From the NCBI GenBank assembly GCA_964187785.1, contig OZ076409.1, forward strand, positions 69,876,001 to 69,940,000: DNA of 64,000 nucleotides. The letters run 5' to 3'. Below, one piece after another: positions 11,154-23,100 of the stretch; position 1 is the stretch's first letter; every line of letters starts with the position of its first letter. The notes beneath the pieces are model-generated. The model saw nothing but the letters and a program-made list of their open reading frames with translations, did not search any database and was not told where the DNA came from. This stretch comes from Amphiscolops sp. MND2022 (taxonomy: Eukaryota). Position numbers and translations under genes: made by a program.

Positions 11154-14100
11154 GTAAGATGAAGTTCTAAATAGTTTTGTCACATTCGGCTGACTAAAAA
11201 TTCAACTCCTGAAGTTTTCCACCATCCAAAGGACTCCACGTTTGGTTTCGGTTTTCAAAAAAGCATCATATATTTTTTTTCAATTATGACTAGTCATTTT
11301 CTCTTTTTGGTTCAGTTTCATTTAACCCAAGTTTCGTGTAACTTTCCCAATTGGGAAAGGATAGCCTTATCGAAATTACTGTCATGAACGCTATGGTCTT
11401 ATTTGCAAAATCAAATCAAAGAGAATGTATGACGATATAGCCTTGTCGCAGGCTGCCGCCTGTGACGGTACGACAGTGACTACGTCAGCGAACGGACAGG
11501 AGTTCGTACCCGGAACACTACCCATCTATTGATCAGGCTAAACTTTACACTTAGGACTTTCACGCCATTTTGTTATTTAATACATATTATGTTTGTTGAT
11601 GTTGCTAGTTTTAATATATATACTTGCACATGTAAAAATAGTCTGTTAAAAGTTACATTTGAAGATCCAAACAATATAATTGTGATTTCAAAGATTGAAA
11701 GGCGCTTTGTAATTGTAAACGTAATCAGAATATGTGGCAATGTAGCTGTATAGCGTAAAGGAAACGAGTTCAAGTGAACGAAACGCCTCTTCCGAAGACG
11801 TCACTTGAGCTCAGCATTTTAGCCAATCACGTCGCTTCTCTCTGCTATATTAGTACTGCTTTGATTATATAGTGGCCGAGTATGGCCAATTGACTCAATA
11901 TATATACTTCACCACACACTCTAGTCAAATGGCCGATTCCGGCCACCTCGATGAAATGAGTTGTATATTCTTGTAATTAACAAGACTAATCGGAAATTGC
12001 TGTAAATGTACCCCTAATGATGAATGAAAGCTTCCATACCGCTCAATGGACTTAATAGACCTAGTGCTAATTTAAAGGCTAAATAAGGCTTTTGCCCTCC
12101 CTTATTATAGTGCTGGATTAATAAACCGGATTTGTCCATTTTCGGCCTTGTAAGAAAGTGTGCTACTTTGATAGTGCAGTATTATTTTAAACAAGCTGAA
12201 CATCTAATATTTGATTTTGTTCCAACCCATGTTAAATAATAGACGCGTGGTAACGCGTGTCACAGTGACGTTCTAAAGAGATGCCTTTCACATTCCTTCA
12301 GTGAATATTGGTACTTGTTGACAAGATAATGGTGATGATATTTTCATGAATACGATACTTGAAGGTGCGGTTTGTATACCTACCGAAATGTTATTCATTT
12401 GATGTTGAGTTCTCAGAAATTATCTGAATGTCGGGAATAAAACCGATTGGGATTTCACTCAAATATGTGCTTTGAAGTGTTGAATACTTCACCAGTTGTA
12501 ATGATGATGTTTACCTCGTGACCCGTTAAGGCCACGATCATGTGATGTTCTCTTAATCAAAGAATCCGTGGAATGTGGCTGTCACTTTTTGAGAGTATAT
12601 ATACCCGTGCTTCTAGAGGAGAAGTCATAATTTTCACATCTCTGCTTTGATAAAGATTGAATTGATATAACGATTCCCAGCTAGTTTTCCGGTTTAAATA
12701 ATTAAACTATTTGACCCGGTCTTGTCTTGAGGCCTGTAACTAGGAAACAAAAGAAAGCGAGGAAATCGAGAGCAATTGGGATGCTCTCAGATATAGAAAA
12801 CTTAGACATCATGCTTGATGAAAACCATTATAGCAGGAATGAAAGGGATGAGAGCGTCAATAGTAATTAAGCTAGGAGACCAAGAAGTGTCTCAGGAGAT
12901 GAATTTGAAAACAATGGTGAAAACGATTATCTGGGGACAGCTGGCTTTGACCCCGGTACAAGTGCCAATCACGGCCAAAATTCAAGAGAGGGTAATTCAA
13001 GTGCCGAGATCAACAGGTTGTCAAGTGAGTTGAACTCAAGATTGTCTAGGGAACTAGATGATATGATGAGTAGTGTTAATACCCAGATCCAGAGGGCAAT
13101 CAGTGATGTAATTAGCGGTCAAATTTTACCGCAGATCCAATCCGTCCTAAATGCCGGATCGGGACCAACGACACTAAATAAATGGAACGTTCCGTCCGAG
13201 AGACCGGAAATGAATTCCGAAGAGACTTACGGTGAGAAAGCCAAGAAAAGCAATAGAAGTGAGCAGCGCTTTGATTACCAAAACGGTAATCAACCTAAAC
13301 TACGTGCTTACGACATGGTGACAATAGACAACGAATCTCCAATCGAAGCTCCTGAGTTTCTCACGGGACGAATGCCACCCAGAAACCATCTTCACAGTTC
13401 CCACGACAACTTCGACCCACTACTAGACACGACGATCCAGCACAAGAAAGGACTGTTCAGGCCCCTGAACTAGATCCAATCAACCGACTGGCTGATGTCC
13501 TGACAAGCATGCAGAATCGTCCTTCAGCCCAACAGCTCACTATCCGCCCAGTCAACTCAAACACAATGACTTTCGATGGCAAAAGTGAGAAATTTGAGCT
13601 GTTCGAGGATCTGTTCCACACGATGATCAATATACAGCCTGAAATGTCTGAACAAATGAAAATTAATCATTTTCATTCGCTGCTAAGGAAGAACGCCTCA
13701 AAAACATTCCGAAACATTAGCACAGCTAATGGACAGACCCTTGAAGACGTATTAGTCATATTCCGACGAAAATACGTCAAACCCGAGTCCCAAGCAACTG
13801 CCAAACACAAATGGCACCGTCTGGTATTCGATCCAAACATAACAAAACTACCAGATTTTCTTGAAGAATTGAATCAAGGTGCAGAAAAAACGTTTGGAGA
13901 CAACGCCCAAAAGATGATTGACAGCCTCCTATACGCAAAACTGCCACCGAAACTAAAAAGATCAGTTAACGTGGCTAGACTAGACAATGGCTTCTATGAT
14001 GAAATCGTCGCTCACCTCGAGAGAGAGTTGGAGTTAAATGCTCTTGAAGAGTCCCATGACCTTCCAATGGCATCAATGACATCTTCAACCCCGAAAACCA

Positions 14101-17100
14101 AAACTGTTCCGTCCAAGGCGCAGATGAGTGACATCACATGCAACTACTGCAAGGAAAAGGGCCATATGGTCAAGGATTGCGAGAAACTCAAGAAGAAAAA
14201 GGAGAAAGAAGCCCAACAAGGCAAACCGACCCAGAAAAAGACTTACCCCAAATGCAGTACTTGTGGCAAAACCAACCACCCTGAAGAGAGATGTTGGCAG
14301 GGAGCAGTTGCGCACCTTGAACCCAAACGCACCAGACCAGAGGACGCGTCAGACAATGATCCTGACTCTAAGGCCTCCAAGCCCCACTACAAGACAACAT
14401 CATCCAGCTCTCAATCTTCATCCAACAAAGATGATTCAAAAAACTAGCTTTGCCACGACTCTAATATAACCAACTAGTCTCTGTCCGACAATACATCAAA
14501 TCGGACCCTCCAAATAAAAACTTTCACAGTTACCAACAACAATTGATGGGCCACCTTCTATTGTCTGGCAGCAACAGATGGACAAAGCTGTCATCATTAC
14601 CTATAACAATACCCATTTATTCCAAAAACCAATTCCTGTTTGGGACCCTGACTACACAACCACCTTTGCCACTCGGTTCAGGCCTATTCCCCTGATCGAT
14701 GATTACAATCCAACATACATCGAGCCAGACTATGGCAGAGATCCTTATTGGGACACCGAGATTTATAACCAGGACCTAATGCAATTCCAGTATGTTCTAG
14801 ACGACATTGAACACTACAACAAAACAGTCCACGAGAACCCTCCAATTACCCACAACAAGAAAACACGGGCAAATGAACGATGGCACAAACCACCCAGTGT
14901 TCGCAAACCCCCTGGGGAACGAAACTCCTGAAAATACTGCCGAATCAATGCCACAATCACTAATAGACGAGAAACAATTCCAGAATGTTCTCATAACCAA
15001 AGAGGGTGAACCAGACTGTATACCCCTGTCAACCAACATTAATCTCAAATGACAGAGTCCTAATCAGGACCAATTCACTACTCTATCCCGAAAACGCTGT
15101 GACTGGCATTTTACAACAAAGTGACCTCCTACATGAAGAAGGAGACATCACATTTTGCCAAGCCTTGGTCACCCTGAATGACGGCAATATATCGATACCA
15201 GTGAACAATTTCACGGACCACCCTTACAAACTCAAAAAGGGAATTCACATTGCTAATTTCTCCGTCATGACGCCAGAACAGATGAAGTACGTCAAACAGG
15301 TAGACCCGGCATCAACCTGGCACCTTTTGCAAAATGACCTAAACAGGCAGCCCATTACGTCAGCAGCCTCATCAAGACGAATAAAAATCCTAAAAATTCT
15401 GAAAATTACTGGTTTTACCCACATCCAGGAAGCCCTGGAAATCCCGAGGAACACACGCCTATCCAGAAACGAATTCTACGTGAATTACAGGCCTTACAGG
15501 ACCTGGAGACACTCGACCCCACCAAAGATGAAGAATCTCGTGCAAAATTTCTAGAAAACTTTGATTGGAAAGTTTCCACTCTTACTCCTGAAGAAAAGGA
15601 GAAAATTGAGGAATTACTAGTGGAATTCCATAATATATTTGCACGACACAGATTTGACATAGGCATGAACGAGGAATTCAAGGTGAAATTGACACCTAAG
15701 GACGATTCCCCAGCCTACAGTCAGAGCCTCCCAGCCCCTACCAACCCAAAGGAGGACATCTTAGTCGAATTGGCCATGTTAAAGAAATATTGCATAATCA
15801 CCACCCTATTCTCGAAATATGCGAGTCCAATATTCGCACAAAAGAAACCGAATGGAAAACTCAGACTCTTGGTTGACTTGAGAAAAATCAACAACCTCCT
15901 ATCGGATATTACATAAACAATAATCACCCCGTCAGTACTTTAGTCGACGCCGCCCAACACTTAGCGGGCAAAAAACTGTTCTGTAAATTAGACTGCTCAC
16001 AGGCATATCACTGCCGGCCGATGGCTGACCAACGATCGATTGAAATGTTGGCCTTTAACTTCGCCAGTCGCACATTTGCATACAGACGTTTGGCACAAGG
16101 TCTTAGCCGGGCTCTGTCCGCGTTTTCGAGCTTTCTGAGAGAGTACCTCGACAAAGTCAATAAAGCGGATCAGTGCGCCCAGTATGTGGACAATATCGGC
16201 ATCGCAGCCAACGATGCTGACCACCTCATAGCTAACCTCAGAGCAACGTTCAAATGCATTCAGGAAGCTGGCCTTAAGTTGACAATGCACAAAGGTCACT
16301 TTGGTGCAAAAGAAATTGATTTTCTCGGACGGACTATTACTCCACAAGGCGTCAAACCCCAGAAACAGAATGTACAGAACTTTCTGGAAAAGACCAAATT
16401 CCCGAAGTCGAAAAAGGCTTTACAACGCTATTTGGGATTCCTAAACTACTACAGGAATTATATCCCAAGACTTTCAGAACGCCTTGCTCCATTCTACAAG
16501 ATGCTGAAAAGTGACGAAAAAGTCCTAGTATCGAAGGAATTAGTCCAGCAATTTGAAGAAATCAATAAAGCCCTAGACAAATGCTGCGACTTGGCCCTAC
16601 AACAACCTATCCCGATCAAGCAAATTGCACTAATGACTGATGCAAGTTTTGGTGCAGCTGGATATGCGGTCTCCTAATTGAAGACGACCCAAGCCAGAAA
16701 TTTACGTCACTCAGAAAGTCCTATGCCCCTGTAGCATACGGATCAAAAACCTTCACCCCAGCCCAGATCAAAATGTCAGTTTATGCCAAAGAATTCCTTG
16801 CAATTTATTTTGCATTCAAAGAAATTGGACATATCTTCTGGGGTGCGCCGAAACCGGTCATTATCCTAACTGACAACAAAGCTGTAACACAATTTTTCCA
16901 AACAAAAAGAACACCCCCAGCCCTGTGGAACGCGTGTGATTATGTCATTCAGTTCAATTTTGTAATAGCGCACATCCCGGGGCACAAAATACAGCTGCGG
17001 ACTATTTATCCCGCTTGGAAGCAGTCCCGAAGGACAAATTAGTAATGAAAATACGCGAAGATGTACAAACCCTACCAATTGAAATAAACGTCCAGCCCGC

Positions 17101-20100
17101 AGGAGTGTCACAAGAAGAACAAATCTTTTATACTAATGATGACGACGAGATAGAAGAACAATATTGGGCACGAAAAGAGGTGATCAGGAAAAATCCAGTC
17201 GTTGATGAGCCCACTGTTTCAATACAAACTCTGTCCACAAGTTTGGTCAAACAACACCCTGATATACAAGTCCGATTAAAGAAAACGAACCGAATCATTA
17301 TCGAACAATCCAAAGATGTAGTACTACAACAATTCAAGGCAAAACTCCTCCATGAAGAGTATTCAGAAAACCTACTGTAGCAGGATGCTCGATACAGACA
17401 TTACGCAAACAATCTGGAACGAATTGTACTTAAGGACGAGATCCTGACGAGGCAATACTTTGATGAAACAGGGAACGTTAAAAACCACCAAGTTCTGCTC
17501 CCGTAGCACTTACTCCAGGAATTGCTCCAGTCCCTTCATAGAACAGCGACTAAACATCCTGGTATCTCAAAAATGTTGCAGGAAATTCGCCAACGGTATT
17601 ACTACCCTAGCATGGCTAAACACGTCAAAAAATGGGTAGAAGGGTGTGAAGAATGTGCAAGAGACAAACGAGTCCCTGATGCAACAATTACGCCCGAACT
17701 ACTCAATTTGCCCGAATGGGACCTTGGACCCGAAGACGCCATGCAAATCAACTTATTGCCGAATCTTCCCCCAAGTGGAGGCTACGAAAACGTCCTAACA
17801 GCAATTGATGTATTCTCCAGATATTTGTTGGTCTGTTCCCTTACGGAGGCGTCGGCGATCAATGTAGCAAAAGCGCTCATTGACATTATGACCAAACATG
17901 CATATCTACCGACAACGCTTATTACTGACAAAGGTACTGCAGTTACTTCTACAATCATTGCGGAGATTACGCAAATTTTGGGCATAACACTCAAATGTGC
18001 AACAACAAAACATCCGCAAACAATTGGGAAATTAGAGCGGACCCATGCCTTACTGAAAACAAACCTCAAAATGGCATGTGGAGAATATCGCCGACAATGG
18101 CAAAAATACTTGCCATTAGCAGTACTAACTCACAACACTAGTTACCATGCCAGCATCGGTTGTGAGCCGACAAGATTATTTCATGGAAGAATTCCATATA
18201 ATATCTTGGATCACAAGCTTGGAAATAATCCAAACGAGCAGGTCAACCCAACAACCAAATTCGCTGAAGAAATACAAAACCGGACAAAAATCTTGATTGA
18301 CAAAACAAAGCAAAATATTATGCAGTCATATATCAAGTACAAAGAATATTATGATCGCAAGGCAAAAGCCGCTCCACTAAAGGAGAATGATTACTGCTTT
18401 GTATTACAGCCGAAAGCGGATCATCAAGGATCAAAAATCCCATTCCGTGATTATAGGTGGGTCGGACCATTCATAGTCCAAAAAGTTCTACCAAACGAAA
18501 ATTACATTGTACGACGAATCAATACAAACAAGACTCAAATATTGCATCGGATTCGCCTTAAAAAGTTTGTCCCCAACCAACCGCTTGAGGACATTTTCCG
18601 AGAACAGAGGTTACAGCCTGATGAAGAAATTGTTATTCTGCAAGATGACTTATATATCATAACGTGGGAAACAGACTTTGGCGAGCAGCTAATTACACGA
18701 GGACACGATCCTATTCCGACTAGCCTACCGAATCGCGAACAGCCGAATGCGGCAGAACCGAGTCATAGTGACGTAGACGAGAATGAAGCGGATTACATAA
18801 TCGCGAGAGACGAAACAACTTACGCTGACCATGCGGAGCAGAGCCGGAATGAAAGACTAAATGATGACGTCACTAAAAGGAATGAAGCTAGTGAAGCGAC
18901 TAGCAATGAAGAATCTGATTGGCTGAATCCGGCCGTCTACCCAAAAAATCAAGAAAAATCTTGAAAGACTGAAAAATGATGAAAAATTTTCAAAAAGAGT
19001 CTCGATGAATGAAAATGATGCACAAAAATCTCCGAACAGGGGGGATGATATTATCGTGCCCGAAATATCTGAAAATGATACCAGAAACGAAAGTCTGAGC
19101 CCTAGAGGAGGGATATATAATCTCAGGCCTAACCCTAACCCAAACTACTCAGAAGACTTCAGATACTAAGAATTGAATTCTTCCCGAAAACGGCAATTCT
19201 TTTCTACTATCTTTCTTTTCGTTTTCTCTGGTCCCTCTAGTATCTTTTGAAAAAGTAATGGGACGAATGATAGACCCTCTTCAAATGAATAAATACAGGG
19301 GTTGAAAGATACAAACAATAAAGAAACAGAAATCAAGGGCAAATGAAAGAATAAATACAACAAAGAATAAACAAAGTCCGTGAACTAGCGTACATAAATA
19401 CATATATACAAGTTACTTTTTGGAAGTTGAGTGCGTGGGAACACTGGTGACAGATGAACTAGATGACCAAGACTTTGCACTGCCCATTCGTCTTCTCTTT
19501 GTACTACTCGGGATTTGCAAGGCGAACTGTTCAGGTTTAGGAGAAGTTTCTCGGGGATCCAAGCTGACAACGTTTACTTGAGGGCCTTCAGCTGCTACAT
19601 TGTAAGAAGAAAGTAGGGCTTTATAGATTTTGGATCGTTCAAACGTGTCCACTTAATCCCAAGGATCATAAGTGGGGGCAAATGCAGTCCTTCCGAAATC
19701 AGAGGTAAGCAGGGAGAATTTCGACAAACTTGAATCCTGACTGCAGAACGGGATTGAATCGGGAACCCCAGACAAATAACTCTGTCCCGGCAACACGACA
19801 TCAGTGAACCTTCCATGAGGGCCCGTAAGACCAGTGTTACCAAAGGTAACAGACCGGGAATTCTCCACTTCGAGCCGTAATGCACAAGCAACACACTTTG
19901 AAGAGGTGGAGAAGACGTGGCTTAGCACGGAGGAAATCAACCCCATAAGGAACTCGATTAAATCAGCAGACAAATCTGGGAAATTGAAGTCAGCCGGATA
20001 AGTAATTCGCAAATGGTCCATCAGACCAAGGTATTCTTCGCGATAAGAAGATTAATCAGCGCTCGTGACCCAAGATCGTAAAAGGAAAGTATTATAAAGT

Positions 20101-23100
20101 ACTTCAAAATGCCGCAGAGCAACATCAATCGGACGGCTAAACGGGATGTGAGGATTGAAAGCTGCCAGGCCTTGGACCAAGTGAGAATTCAGCCCCACCT
20201 GGTGCAGGACTCCTTCTATCATATGTTTGATGAAACTGAGCGCCTCCTGAACAAAATCGCTCTTCACTTCATTGATCGTTTTTTGGATCGTGGCCTTATC
20301 AGGTTTCTTGCCAACTAAGAGACCTTCAGCTTTGATCTTACTAGCTGCAGCAACCTTCGAAGAAAGCTTCAGTCGAATCAAGAAATCCTCCACTTCCTTG
20401 AAATTCCCCTCTGCTGTCTTGAACCCCATGAGAAGGAACAAAGAATTCTCCAAAGGAACAGTATCAGGGGTGAAACAGCGGGAACAGAGCCGGTACACAA
20501 ATTGACTAGCCTCACCAAACAGGTGGAAGGACGCGTCACGTCGCTGGTGGAGGTTAACTACGAAGCTGGATAAATCTACAACCATAAAAGGAAAATGTCC
20601 GAAACAGGCAGAACAAAACAAAAGAAAAACTACAAGAAGCCACTAACAGTCGTTGACAAGTCGTTGGAAGAACTCAAATTTGACAGTGACAAACTCGTCG
20701 CAATTGAGCGACCACTCAAACCTCTGCACCTGTGAAACACAAAGACTTCGTTAACACTCATTAGGAAATTATTGGATTGTGCAGTTCAAAAGAGCTCTAA
20801 ATCAATCACACAGTGGGAGGTTTGGGACAAATAACCTACTCTGCTTCGGACTCCTTGACCTTCCTGTCTGGCTGAGTGGACGGTTAAATAAGTACGCACA
20901 TTCTTCCATTGGTTGATCAGCTCAATACACAATGTGGGTAAGCCTTTAAGGTCGATCTTGCATGAAGAAACTGCCTAAAACAATAGAACGAGTGAAACGG
21001 CCGCCCTTTATCCTGAACCCGTGATTTACAACAGGTGTTGTACCATCCCGCTGAAGTTCGGTGGACTCTAGGACCCAATCCTCTGCTTGAGACCCACCCA
21101 GAGAGACCAGGAGAGCTTGCAATACTGAAAAGAAGTCAATCTTTCCAAAGACGCTGTAACTGCCTTTGTGCATCAATGTGAACAGCGATAAGTGCTCGAA
21201 ACGGGAACAACTTTGGACCCCTCTGGGGAAGTAACTGCAACGGTCGAGGGTGCGCACAAAGTCCACTGAACACCCGGACAACGCCACGATGTCTGCTCTG
21301 GTGGAGACCACGGAAAGGAACCGAGACAATGATCCTAGTTCTCCAGTAAGTTGCGATGATGGGAGCTTACTCCGACATACGAAGATGCGGCACAACTTTT
21401 CATCCTTCCAAAAGCGTACACTCATATGACGATAAGTGCCGAAATCTTCAAATTCCACTGAGAAACATTGTTCGGCAGCTACCACCTGGGCGATGTCGTC
21501 CATTGCGCAATTGAAGATATGCTGAAATATGGCCTGGAAAAAACACGAATACTCAACACCGACTAGTATAATACCCCCCGGCGCCAAATGTGGATTATAC
21601 TTACAGTGAGACGTCCTTCGCCCCAGTCAAAATCACAAAGCGTGGCCTAGTAGTTTGTGAAGGAACCGATCCTTGCCCACAAATTGCGAAGCAAAGACAG
21701 GTCGCCGTTTGTCTGGATGTAGTCCGAGATGATGCAGATTTGGGTCTTGGCCCGCGAATCAGGTGTCACCAGCGCTGTGAAACTACCTTTGAGGAAATCG
21801 TCATAGAAGGGGAAACGCTCCCCTATGTCCACCAGTTCAGAATGGATAAACTTTGGGAGCTCCTTAGCAAGCTCAATTTTAGTCAGCATTTTCCCGTTCC
21901 GGCCTCGTACTCTGTGTTGGACTTTTCCGCTGATGGGATCAACACTGCGAAGGTGCTCGTATCTCCACCTTTGATCGCGTCTTAAATGCTCCTCTGATCT
22001 ATGGTGCCGTATGATTTCGAAAGTGCCTTTAGTCTTAATAGAGATGTTTTTCTTGCATATGTGGCACCACACCATGCAAGGATTATGCAGCGGGTCAGCA
22101 GGTCCAGAGATGAAGGACCGTGTCCAGCCAATTTTGGAGAAAAACTCCTCTCTCATGGGGACCCCTCGCTGGACTGCCCCGGATTTTCTCTTTGTCTTCT
22201 TAGATTGGGGAGCTGTGTTAGTCCTCTCCTCAATTGCTGCTTCCCTGATTGCTGACAACGTTTCATCGGGACAACTCATTTCACTAGAGGTTCCAGCTTC
22301 GGCAGATCCGATCGGGATCCTTGTGGCTGAGGTGCGTTGCCCGGATCCGCCAGCAGTAGACTTCTGGAATGATTCGGCGATCAAAGCCATTTCCGCTGCA
22401 CTGTCTGATTCCCCATAGCTCGTTGACATGTCCTCTCCAACTGAGGTACCTGAAGACCCTGGGACAGGTGGGCCAGAACACGAATCACTTTCCGTTCCTC
22501 CCTCGCTAGTGTCACTGTCCATACGAGGGTGGGGAGTCTGGGCCCGATGTCGGGACCGGAAATGGTCAGTCCGTGACTCTGCAGTTGTTGGGGCTCCCCT
22601 TACCGCCCCTAAAACCATCTTCGCCATAGTTGTGAAAGACTGACTTGGTGTCTCATTGGTGAGAGTTTTGAGAAGGTGATATAATTGTGGCTCACTGAAT
22701 GCCACTGTAGGATGTCCGACTGGCAAGGAGAATGGTGGCGTTTCATCGAAGAATTGTTTGAGTATTGCACTGCTCCTCCCGGATAACTCCTGAATAGGAA
22801 CATTTGTTGTACGCCCTGAAGCTCCAGGTTCCGCCTGGATGGCAACCTCGGTAGCGGGGCCCGATTCGTCTCCTCCCTCTGTTCCTGACTCTGTGTCACC
22901 AAAAGCAGCATTTCGGGTATGGTGATATCCTAACCTACTTATCTCGTCTTCAGTTTTTTCGGCGTCACTCAGTTCGATCGGGGGTATTTTTTGAGTTGAC
23001 AACCCGGGCAATGCTGGAACCTCATATATAGAAGATGCGGTATCTTCGCCAGCAGAGAGGTGTGTTCCAGAGTGTTCTCTGATGAGGGGTGCTGTAACGG

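Noticed and set aside
11529..11773. Short overlapping ORFs repeated at 25693-25986
   Set aside because: Repeated only because they lie in the LTRs; AT-rich, no coding features.
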